52,757 nt of DNA, from contig CAVZZS010000007.1 of NCBI GenBank assembly GCA_963779925.1, forward strand, positions 1 through 52,757, read 5' to 3'. The translations under genes were made by a program, and so were the position numbers. This DNA is from an uncultured Nanoarchaeota archaeon (GTDB lineage Archaea > Nanobdellota > Nanobdellia > Pacearchaeales > GW2011-AR1). Below the pieces are notes generated by a model. That model was not told the DNA's origin. It did not search any database and saw only the letters and a list, made by a program, of their open reading frames with translations. This document shows positions 26,063 through 33,789 of the stretch, one piece after another (position 1 is the stretch's first letter; the number at the start of each line of letters is the position of its first letter).

Positions 26063-26508
26063 TTTAAAATTCCTTCTTCTTCCAAAATTTCTTTGTGATT
26101 ATATGCAAGTTTCATGTCTTTTATTTCCTTCGGTTTGAACCATTTAACTTCGGAAGTTTCATCTTTTGGCTTTGGCTCTCCGAAGATTTTGCAATAGACA
26201 GCAACGCTTAAACTTTGGGCAGGATATTCTTTTGTCGGCAAATTCATGAGGGGTTTTCCATATTTGATAAATTCTGAATTAACGCCCAACTCTTCTTTAA
26301 GTTCTCTTTTTATTGCTTCTTCAACTGTTTCTCCATACTCAATCAAGCCTCCTGGAAGCCCCCAAAAGTTAGGATAAGTGAAAGAAGCCTTGTCTCTTTT
26401 TCCTAAAAGTATTTCGCCTTTTGAATTTCTTATTATTGCAGGCACACCGGGAACTATGCGTTTACCGAATAAAAGTTGCATACCTAATCTTAAGATTCCT
26501 TTGGACAT
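26059..26508 (-). CDS. NUDIX hydrolase
   Basis: Nudix box GLPGGLIEYGETVEEAIKRELKEELGV. Confidence 0.87.
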   Translation of the reverse strand: MSKGILRLGMQLLFGKRIVPGVPAIIRNSKGEILLGKRDKASFTYPNFWGLPGGLIEYGETVEEAIKRELKEELGVNSEFIKYGKPLMNLPTKEYPAQSLSVAVYCKIFGEPKPKDETSEVKWFKPKEIKDMKLAYNHKEILEEEGILK

Positions 26509-26509
26509 T

Positions 26510-26848
26510 TTAGAATTCAGACTGCTCGTCTTTTAGATAACCCTCTTTTCTTAGCCAAGCAATTTGATTTGGACGATATTTTAGAAGGACATCTGCTTTG
26601 TCTTTATCGAATTCCCATGGCTTTACTATGACAACATCTCCAGGACGAAGCCAAAGTTCTCTTTTCAGCCTGCCTGGGACTCGGCAGTTTCTTGTTTTTC
26701 CATCAAGACAATTTACGAGCATTTTGTTTCCGCCTAGTCTTTGCTCTATAATTCCGATTATCTCATCGCCTTTGGGCAAGGGTGCACGGACTATGCTTTC
26801 CTGCTCTCCTTCCTGTTGTTGATGGTCAAATTTCTTTTTCTGTTGCAT
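26510..26848 (-). CDS. eif1a: translation initiation factor aIF-1A
   Basis: S1-like OB: GIIEQRLGGNKMLVNCLDGKTRNCRVPGRLKRELWLRPGDVVIVKPWEF. Confidence 0.9.
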   Translation of the reverse strand: MQQKKKFDHQQQEGEQESIVRAPLPKGDEIIGIIEQRLGGNKMLVNCLDGKTRNCRVPGRLKRELWLRPGDVVIVKPWEFDKDKADVLLKYRPNQIAWLRKEGYLKDEQSEF

Positions 26849-26888
26849 ACTAAATAAAAAATGTGGTGATTTATAAAATGTTTGAGAA

Positions 26889-27185
26889 TTACAACAAAAT
26901 CATAACAAAAGGAATATTTTGAATTCGCTTTATGCCCTCTTTAGCGACTAAACCAAGTTCAATCGCAAGAGAAACTGATTTTTCACCAACTATATTAAAC
27001 GTTGCATCTTCTACGGCTCTTCTTCTTATCAATTTTATTATTTCCTCTTCAGAGACTTCTTGCCCTTTGTAAAAACTCTCTTTTACGTCTAATTGAAATT
27101 TTCCTTCTTCAAAATATTTTCCGATTAGTTCAGAATCACAGATAGCAATTACTTCTCTGTAGGAGTTGTGTATCTTAAAAAACAT
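26889..27185 (-). CDS. DUF424-family archaeal protein
   Basis: AICDSELIGKYFEEGKFQLDVKESFYKGQEVSEEE pattern and 98-aa size typical of DUF424. Confidence 0.65.
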   Translation of the reverse strand: MFFKIHNSYREVIAICDSELIGKYFEEGKFQLDVKESFYKGQEVSEEEIIKLIRRRAVEDATFNIVGEKSVSLAIELGLVAKEGIKRIQNIPFVMILL

Positions 27186-27198
27186 GTACTAAAGGATT

Positions 27199-27369
27199 TC
27201 ATTTATTTTTTGCGGCGAAATCTTTTGAAACTACACGCCAGCATTCGTAACTACCCTGCTTCGACTTTGTTACGGCAAAGTTTCTTCCACTTTTATTAAC
27301 AATTTTGTAATCACTAGTTTTGAATTTACTCTTTGTCTTAACGTCAAAGAATTCAAGCTCTTCTTTCAT
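27199..27369 (-). CDS. small basic protein, 56 aa (below ORF-track cutoff), possible nucleic-acid binder
   Basis: Hand-translated codon by codon: MKEELEFFDVKTKSKFKTSDYKIVNKSGRNFAVTKSKQGSYECWRVVSKDFAAKNK. Perfect SD aaggaggt (plus 27376-27383) sits 6 nt upstream of the ATG. Confidence 0.55.
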   Translation of the reverse strand: MKEELEFFDVKTKSKFKTSDYKIVNKSGRNFAVTKSKQGSYECWRVVSKDFAAKNK

Positions 27370-27441
27370 TGTTTTACCTCCTTTAGTTTAATTATAAGCA
27401 TGGACTATTGAATATAACCTGCTTTTAAAACTTTTAGATTA

Positions 27442-27849
27442 TCAGATTTTGCTTACGGGATGTTTAGCCCCGCATGCTAAGCAGTGAATAAATGTTAATC
27501 TTTCATCTTTAATCAGTTCTGTATCTGGCTTGCCACATTCTTTGCAAAGCACAAATTCTTTTACATACTCTTCTATCTTTTGATTTATCTTTGCACTTGG
27601 AACTTTTTGATTTAGTATTAGTCTATCTCCATCAATTTCTCCGGAAGATGCCAATTGCTTCAATAAAAATTTCTGAAAATGTTCGGGGTTTCTTCTTAAG
27701 TAAGATACAATGTGGGAAAAATTTGTAATTATAGTTTTTTTCCCTTCAAATAGGCCCTGTGCTTTTGGAATTTCAAATCTCTCCCCATTTCCTTCAGGTG
27801 CCTTCAATTTCTTGTATGCTTCATTCAGCAATTCTTCATATGTTTCCAT
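27442..27849 (-). CDS. eif2b: translation initiation factor aIF-2 beta subunit
   Basis: eIF2beta/eIF5 core and C-terminal zinc ribbon CKECGKPDT...CLACGA. Confidence 0.9.
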   Translation of the reverse strand: METYEELLNEAYKKLKAPEGNGERFEIPKAQGLFEGKKTIITNFSHIVSYLRRNPEHFQKFLLKQLASSGEIDGDRLILNQKVPSAKINQKIEEYVKEFVLCKECGKPDTELIKDERLTFIHCLACGAKHPVSKI

Positions 27850-27909
27850 AAAATTTATTCTCGGTTTTAATATATAAATCTTTATAAAAGAAGAAAAAAA
27901 GAGACTTTA

Positions 27910-28185
27910 ATGGAAAAAGCTATTTCGGAAATTAAAGGTCTTGCAAGGCAAGTGTTTGACATAAACGGATTTGCAGGGAGAATAACCACTAATGGTGGAG
28001 GTTCAATGTTAATCTGGAGCAGGGGATTGATTCCGAAAGTTATTGCAAAAATTGTGCCGGATATAGACAAGATCTATGTAATGAGTAAAAGATATGAAGA
28101 AAAGGCCAAAGAATTTAGGAATCAATATCAATCAAGATTTCTACCAGAAGGAAAGAGCGCAACATTAGAAATAAGCTATGATTAA
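27910..28185 (+). CDS. hypothetical protein (91 aa)
   Basis: Fills an otherwise empty 330-nt slot. Competes with an antisense 62-aa ORF. No motif. Confidence 0.4.
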   Translation: MEKAISEIKGLARQVFDINGFAGRITTNGGGSMLIWSRGLIPKVIAKIVPDIDKIYVMSKRYEEKAKEFRNQYQSRFLPEGKSATLEISYD

Positions 28186-28802
28186 CCAAGCCAACGCACT
28201 TTTCCAGGACGAGGTTCAAATATAATTCCTTCTTCAAGAAGTTTTTGAATTTCCTGATTTATTATATCGGCGGATGTCTCTCTGTGAGCCATAATTATTT
28301 TATCAACATATACCCCTCCCTCTTCCTCAGAATTTTTTATGCTATTCAAAATATTGTCTCTTATTGCTCCTTTATCAGATGGGGCAATAATAACTGCAGG
28401 AGCCGCTTTTTCAAGTTCTATTTTTCTTATAAGAAGATATTTGGGGTCTTGGATCTTTATTATCTCTGGGGAAATATAAACTTCATTATTGAAACTTCTT
28501 AATACACCAATAACAATTACTGTCTGCCCTTGATTTAAATTTTCCAATTTATCCACGTCATCTCCGAATGATTTTAATTTTATCTGACCTGAGCCGTCAT
28601 CAATCGTCAGAAAAGAATATCTTTTTTCATTGGTGCTGTTATACTTTTCTATTATGTTGCCTACCAAATTTACTCTTACAATTTTTTTATCGCCTAATTC
28701 AAGAAAAATAAATTTTTCCCCCTCTAATACAGGCTTTCCTACTAATAAATCTCCGATTCTTAGTTTGTATGCAACATTCCTTTTGAAATCTTGTTGTGCC
28801 AT
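28182..28802 (-). CDS. OB-fold protein with C-terminal winged helix (RPA2/RPA32-like architecture)
   Basis: OB-like core (VRVNLVGNIIEKY...LTIDDGSGQIKLKSF...VIVIGVLRSF). C-terminal wH-like IINQEIQKLLEEGIIFEPRPGKVRW. Starts one nt after the MCM stop. Confidence 0.6.
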   Translation of the reverse strand: MAQQDFKRNVAYKLRIGDLLVGKPVLEGEKFIFLELGDKKIVRVNLVGNIIEKYNSTNEKRYSFLTIDDGSGQIKLKSFGDDVDKLENLNQGQTVIVIGVLRSFNNEVYISPEIIKIQDPKYLLIRKIELEKAAPAVIIAPSDKGAIRDNILNSIKNSEEEGGVYVDKIIMAHRETSADIINQEIQKLLEEGIIFEPRPGKVRWLG

Positions 28803-28803
28803 T

Positions 28804-30669
28804 TTACATCTTCTGGATAAATCCTGGCTTTGGTTTAAATATCATGCTTTCTCTTTCCAACTGAACAAGAGCATCATTTAATTCATCTTTTCCGACCCTT
28901 CCTTCCAGCTCTTTCTCTATTTCTTCTATAGGAATCATTTTTCCGATTTTTCCTTCCAGCTCAGAGATTATATCCCTTACCATGAAGATTTTATTCCTTT
29001 GTGATGATGTAATTCTGCTGCTGATTCTGTCAATATCAAAAGTTTTTGATTCATAATCATAACCAACCTGCATCAAATAGAATTTCATAATGTCTATAGC
29101 TCTTTTTGCATCTTCTTTTGTCGCAGTACTGCTAAGTCTCATTTTTGCAGAAGCCTCAGACATTCTTATTAAAGCTTCAAGCTGTCTTGCAGAAATTGGA
29201 ATAGGCCTCATAGCACTTTCTGTTGCAACAGGCATATTTCTTAAATCAACATAGAATTTTTCAATCTCTTTCATTGCCTCTTCATTCAGTAGGGGTTTAA
29301 ATCTTTGTCGGGCATATGCGATATACTTTCTTAAAATATTTGTTGGGATAAGAGCTTCTGATGCTTCATTTCTATTATGCTCATATAAAACGTGGGCTGC
29401 GATTCTTTGGTCTTTAACTTTGTCAGGAATATCTCTTAATGTGAAGATAATATCAAATCTGTTGATTAATGTTGGAGGCAAATCAATTTGCTGTGCAACT
29501 GGTTGGTAAGGATCGAATCTTCCAAATTTTGGATTTGCTGCCGCAAGAACAGAAGTCTCGCTTCTCAAAGTCGCCTGAACATTTGCTTTTGAAATCGTAA
29601 TTGTTTGCTGTTCCATCGCTTCATGCATGGCGCTTCTATCATTGGGATCCATTTTTTCTAATTCATCAATGCAAACAATTCCTTTATTTGCCAGAACCAT
29701 TGCCCCTGCTTCCAAACTCCAACCACGGAGATACTCATCTCTTACAACTGTTGCTGTAAGTCCTGCACCTGAAGCAGATTTTCCAACTACATATCTTCCT
29801 TTTGGAGAAATATCGGCAATGAAATTTAATGTAACCGATTTTGCTACTCCGGGGTCACCGATAAGAAGTATGTGAATATCCCCCCTTTTTTTCTGACCAT
29901 CTGCATAAACCTTTCTGACTCCGCTAAATAACTGGAGAATCAAAGATTTCTTTATTTCTTCATAACCCCAAACTCCCGGTGCAATGCTTTTTGCAAGATT
30001 GTCGAATAATGCCGGGTCTTGTGAAATTTCAATAATTTGTTTTTCATCTTCTTCTGAAATATCAAGCTCTTCAAAAGTTTCCTCCATTGAAATGATGTTG
30101 TTGGCCTCTATCGCTAATTCAAATCGTGTTGAAAGACCCCCCGATGGAAGAGGCACAGGAACTTCTTTTAAAACTCCAATGACCTTTATCCTGCTTCCAG
30201 GAGTTGTTTTTTCTTCCATTTTCGGTTCTACTAAATCTTCCTTTACGAAAACATTTATTTTCTTTGGCTGCTCTCCTCCGGTTAAAGATTCGGGGGTTTC
30301 TTCTAATACCAGTCTCTGAGTATCAACCATATCTTTTGATTTGAGATTGAAACCGCCTTTTCTTCCACATGAGCATCTTGTCGGTTCTCTAAATTTTCCT
30401 CCTAGCTGAAGGACAGAAAGGATTGTTCCGCATGAAGGGCATTCAAATTTTGCATTAACAACCTGAGGACGGACATCAGAAGACTGCCTAATTATCCCAT
30501 CAACAACTATCAATTCATTAAGATGCTTTGAACGCATATTTCTTATTTTCAGAAAGTAGTTTTCAGGAAGATTTGTAAGCCTGACTCTTGGTTTTGTCAG
30601 TAATCCTGATTCTTCAATTGCAACTTCTATCAAAGCGATAGTATCTTCAGGGAGCTGCAAGAATCTCAT
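28804..30669 (-). CDS. mcm: MCM replicative helicase, main reading frame (621 aa)
   Basis: Zinc finger CPSCG...CSCG, Walker A GDPGVAKS, Walker B VCIDELEKMD and arginine-finger region LINRFDIIF. C-terminal wH. Confidence 0.93.
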   Translation of the reverse strand: MRFLQLPEDTIALIEVAIEESGLLTKPRVRLTNLPENYFLKIRNMRSKHLNELIVVDGIIRQSSDVRPQVVNAKFECPSCGTILSVLQLGGKFREPTRCSCGRKGGFNLKSKDMVDTQRLVLEETPESLTGGEQPKKINVFVKEDLVEPKMEEKTTPGSRIKVIGVLKEVPVPLPSGGLSTRFELAIEANNIISMEETFEELDISEEDEKQIIEISQDPALFDNLAKSIAPGVWGYEEIKKSLILQLFSGVRKVYADGQKKRGDIHILLIGDPGVAKSVTLNFIADISPKGRYVVGKSASGAGLTATVVRDEYLRGWSLEAGAMVLANKGIVCIDELEKMDPNDRSAMHEAMEQQTITISKANVQATLRSETSVLAAANPKFGRFDPYQPVAQQIDLPPTLINRFDIIFTLRDIPDKVKDQRIAAHVLYEHNRNEASEALIPTNILRKYIAYARQRFKPLLNEEAMKEIEKFYVDLRNMPVATESAMRPIPISARQLEALIRMSEASAKMRLSSTATKEDAKRAIDIMKFYLMQVGYDYESKTFDIDRISSRITSSQRNKIFMVRDIISELEGKIGKMIPIEEIEKELEGRVGKDELNDALVQLERESMIFKPKPGFIQKM

Positions 30670-30838
30670 CAGATAGGCTATTAGAGAATTCTGTGATTTT
30701 CATAAAGTCCAAAAAAAGCACATTATTCCTTTTCCTTAAGGAATCTCCAAGTTCTTTCTTGTAGAAATCGAAAAAGTTCTTTGCTTCCATAACCAGGTCT
30801 TCTCTGGACCTTTTGGCCTCTATTTTTTCATCTGCCAT
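30647..30838 (-). CDS. mcm: MCM N-terminal segment in the 0 frame (63 aa), separated from the main frame by a +1 shift
   Basis: VLFLDFMKITEFSNSLSDEILAAP is the usual MCM N-terminal helical-bundle segment. It continues as EDTIALIEVAIEE in the main ORF after a +1 shift at CCC_TGA. Confidence 0.75.
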   Translation of the reverse strand: MADEKIEAKRSREDLVMEAKNFFDFYKKELGDSLRKRNNVLFLDFMKITEFSNSLSDEILAAP

Positions 30839-30860
30839 GCTTTTAGGAAAGCTTCTGGTT

Positions 30861-30868
30861 TTTATAAA
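30861..30868 (-). promoter_or_regulatory. TATA-like box (tttataaa) upstream of the MCM N-terminal ATG
   Basis: Palindromic 8-mer ending 23 nt upstream of the ATG at 30838 on the minus strand. Confidence 0.4.
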
Positions 30869-30991
30869 TTTGTATAGAAATATGTAAATAATAAGATATA
30901 ACTTTCTCTCTGCTGGATAAGAACTATAAGCGGTTTTATTCCTGAATAAAAGCTTTTAAATAAGTTTTATTCTTAAAAAAGATATAATAGT

Positions 30992-31113
30992 GAGCCTATA
31001 GCTCAGCCCGGTTAGAGCACCGCTCTTATATGAATGTGCTTCGTTAGGAGCATATCTTTCATGGTATAAACTAAGAAAGGCGGGGGTCCACGGTTCAAAT
31101 CCGTGTAGGCTCA
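30992..31113 (+). tRNA. tRNA-Ile (anticodon TAT at 31027-31029) with 47-nt intron (31031-31077) at canonical 37/38
   Basis: Acceptor GAGCCTA/TAGGCTC plus A73, D arm GCTC/GAGC, anticodon stem CCGCT/GGCGG, T arm CACGG-TTCAAAT-CCGTG. Exon CTTA pairs with intron taag, flanked by two 3-nt bulges that carry both splice sites. Confidence 0.75.
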
Positions 31114-31135
31114 TAGATGATGAAAGGAGGTTGAA

Positions 31136-31609
31136 ATGATAACAGGACATAGTATTTTGGGAATGATTCAGAATTATTCGGGAATGATGTGGCCTAATTT
31201 AAGTCAATGGGTAGGGCCCATTATAGGTGCAATGATCCTATTTGCAATTGTGTTTTTTGTTGGACTTTGGATTTACACATCTTTTGCTTATATGAAAATT
31301 GCAAAGAAGCTTAAATACAAGCATCCAGAACTCGCATGGATTCCTTTTGCAAGAGGCGCAATGATATTGCAACTAGGAGGATTTAACTGGGCTCTGATAT
31401 TTTTGGTTCTTATTCCGATAGTTGGATGGCTCGCTTTGGCTATTCTTTTCTATATCTCTAAATGGAGAATATTTGAGAAGAGAAAATATTCAGGATGGCT
31501 CGCTTTGATTCCAATAGCAGGGATGCTCCCATATTTATCTGTATTTGCAGGAATCGCTTTCCTAATAGTTTTGGGATACGTTGCATGGCAGGATAAGAAA
31601 GGAAGATAA
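31136..31609 (+). CDS. hypothetical membrane protein (157 aa, about 4 TM)
   Basis: SD ggagg at 31126-31130, 5 nt before the ATG. Hydrophobic helices. No motif. Confidence 0.6.
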   Translation: MITGHSILGMIQNYSGMMWPNLSQWVGPIIGAMILFAIVFFVGLWIYTSFAYMKIAKKLKYKHPELAWIPFARGAMILQLGGFNWALIFLVLIPIVGWLALAILFYISKWRIFEKRKYSGWLALIPIAGMLPYLSVFAGIAFLIVLGYVAWQDKKGR

Positions 31610-31674
31610 ACATAATTTATTTATTTTTTATTTTTAGGTATATTTAAAAATGAGGGACGCGGATTTCCCTTTAT

Positions 31675-31747
31675 GCCCCCATAGTTCAGAGGCCAAGAAT
31701 GCGGCCCTTTCACGGCCGTGACCCGGGTTCGAATCCCGGTAGGGGCA
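31675..31747 (+). tRNA. tRNA-Glu (anticodon TTC)
   Basis: Acceptor GCCCCCA/TAGGGGC (one C6-A67 mismatch), D arm GTTC/GAAT, anticodon stem CGGCC/GGCCG with loop CTTTCAC, T arm CCGGG-TTCGAAT-CCCGG. No CCA. Confidence 0.82.
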
Positions 31748-33097
31748 TTAAATTTTCTTTACCATATAAAATCCTTCCAAATCGTAGCCGAGTTTTCTGT
31801 AATACTCTCGCACGCCGATTCCTGAGATAATTGATAGTTTGTTGATATTGTGCTCTCTTGTAATCTTTTCTGCTTTTTCAAGAAGCTTTTTCCCAAGTCC
31901 GATATGTTGTGCTGCATCAACTTCTTTCTCTCCAATTTTGACACTGTGTCCGTAAATATGAAGTTCTCTAACTATCGCTTTTCCATTTGCAATTCTTAAT
32001 CTTAACAAGCCAAACAAAATATCTTCTTTATTCACGAATTGCAGAAAGAATTCTTTTCCGCCAGAAGCAGGGTATTCCATAACTTTCAAACTAACATTAG
32101 TATCCTCTGGTTTGTTGAAACCAACCTCTCTCATTCTGATTTCTTTTATCTCACTTTTGTCTTTCCTGAAATCATGTTCAATGTCTTTTCTCAAATCGAG
32201 CTTTTCCAAACCATCCACTAATTTTTCTTTGGGGAACTCCCTCATGATTCTCATCACTCTACAATATTCTGGAATAATTTTCATCATCTTTTCGATTATA
32301 TCTCTTGTCTGATTTTCATCGTACGGTTTGTATCCAATTATCTTGTGAGTTCTTGCAAGAGGGGAGTCTTCAATAACCTGACATGGATAGATCTTAATCT
32401 GATCTGGACGAAAACGCTCATCATCAAAAATCTTCTTGAACAATTCAATATCATTTTCTGGATTACTGTAAGGCAGCCCAGGCATGATATGATATCCCAG
32501 TTTGAATCCTGCATTTTTTAGATTCTTAGAAGCTTCAATAACATCTTTTACTTTGTGCCCACGATTTGTTCTTTTGTATAATTCATCATTTGGCATCTGA
32601 ACTCCAATTTCAACTCTTGTTGCCCCGAAATCAAGCATTCTTTCAATTTCTTCCTGAGAACAGTTATCAGGACGATTTTCAATGCACATTGCAATACACC
32701 TATGTTCTGCTGTTTCGTTTATTTTTTTTGCAGTTGCCAAATCTGGAGAATCAATTCCATTTAGAGCATCATAGCATCTTTTTATGAATTCATACTCGTA
32801 ATCTTTTGGGTATTGAAGAAAAGTTCCGCCCAGAATTATTAACTCGATCTTATCTGTGGGATGTCCCATCATATTCAAAACGTACAATCTATTTTTCACT
32901 TGAGCATAAGGGTCAAACTGCAAGGTCAAAGCTCTCATTATTGCAGGACTTTTATTTGTATAACTTTGTGGAACATACTCTCCTCCAGGACAGTAAATGC
33001 ATGTTCCATGGTTGCATTTTCTAGGTTTGAGAACAACAGTTAAAGGTGTGACTCCTGAAATTGTTCTTACTGGCTTCTTCAAAATGCCCGTTTCCAT
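31748..33097 (-). CDS. elp3: Elp3-type radical-SAM/GNAT tRNA uridine(34) modification enzyme
   Basis: Radical-SAM cluster site CNHGTCIYCPGG and TIM-like core. C-terminal GNAT motif QHIGLGKKLLEKAE. Confidence 0.88.
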   Translation of the reverse strand: METGILKKPVRTISGVTPLTVVLKPRKCNHGTCIYCPGGEYVPQSYTNKSPAIMRALTLQFDPYAQVKNRLYVLNMMGHPTDKIELIILGGTFLQYPKDYEYEFIKRCYDALNGIDSPDLATAKKINETAEHRCIAMCIENRPDNCSQEEIERMLDFGATRVEIGVQMPNDELYKRTNRGHKVKDVIEASKNLKNAGFKLGYHIMPGLPYSNPENDIELFKKIFDDERFRPDQIKIYPCQVIEDSPLARTHKIIGYKPYDENQTRDIIEKMMKIIPEYCRVMRIMREFPKEKLVDGLEKLDLRKDIEHDFRKDKSEIKEIRMREVGFNKPEDTNVSLKVMEYPASGGKEFFLQFVNKEDILFGLLRLRIANGKAIVRELHIYGHSVKIGEKEVDAAQHIGLGKKLLEKAEKITREHNINKLSIISGIGVREYYRKLGYDLEGFYMVKKI

Positions 33098-33147
33098 TAA
33101 ATTCGTTGTTAGGAAATTCTTTTAAACTTTTTTGATTTAATAAATTT

Positions 33148-33789
33148 ATGAAATCTAAAATTTCTCAGAACAAAATCTGGGAAGAGATTGCTGAACCCTG
33201 GAAAATCTTCAGAGTCAAGCCTGTTGAAGAAGTCATGGAATTTTTGAAAGACAAGAATGGCAAAGTTCTTGACTTAGGGTGTGGAAGCGGGAGAAATTTT
33301 ACGAAAACAAAAGGGAAAATCTATGGTGTTGATTTTTCCAACAATATGCTTAAGTTTGCAAAAATTCATGCAAAAAGAAAGAAAATTAATGTAATCCTGA
33401 AAAAAGCTGAAGTTAACAAACTTCCATTCAAAAATAATTTTTTCGATGCTGCAATTTTCATTGCTGTTTTGCATTGCGTCCCTGATGAAAATAAAAGAAA
33501 AAAAGCATTAAAAGAACTGTTTAGAGTCCTTAAGCCAAACTCTAAAGCTTTGATAACTGTTTGGGACAAAAATATAGAAAGATTCAGAAAATCTCCAAAA
33601 GAGTTGTTTCTTCCTTGGAAACATCTTGGAAAAGAATATCTCAGATATTATCATTTATATGACAAGAAAGAATTTCTCCATTTGCTCAGGGAAGTCGGAT
33701 TTGAAATAATTGAAGCATATGATTCCAAAAATCCTCATGGACTCTATTCTAAGAAAAATCTAGAAGTAATTGTCAGAAAGCTGGAATAA
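33148..33789 (+). CDS. class I SAM-dependent methyltransferase, Trm9-like
   Basis: SAM motif VLDLGCGSGRN. IAVLHCVPDENKRKKALKELFRVLKPNSKALITVWD resembles the Trm9/ALKBH8-MT signature (AVIHH...RR.A..EL.R.L.PGG..LI.VWA). Confidence 0.7.
   Translation: MKSKISQNKIWEEIAEPWKIFRVKPVEEVMEFLKDKNGKVLDLGCGSGRNFTKTKGKIYGVDFSNNMLKFAKIHAKRKKINVILKKAEVNKLPFKNNFFDAAIFIAVLHCVPDENKRKKALKELFRVLKPNSKALITVWDKNIERFRKSPKELFLPWKHLGKEYLRYYHLYDKKEFLHLLREVGFEIIEAYDSKNPHGLYSKKNLEVIVRKLE

Noticed and set aside
27882-28070. 62-aa minus-strand ORF between aIF-2beta and the OB-fold gene
   Set aside because: It overlaps the longer, less low-complexity plus-strand 91-aa ORF, and neither has a motif. The plus-strand ORF is preferred, with low confidence.
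30839-30991. AT-rich spacer next to mcm as a possible replication origin
   Set aside because: No ORB or mini-ORB-like repeated elements and no orc1/cdc6 gene were seen. Divergent promoters for mcm and tRNA-Ile explain the spacer.
30956-31150. 64-aa minus-strand ORF
   Set aside because: It lies entirely across the intron-containing tRNA-Ile gene, and its translation is nonsensical.
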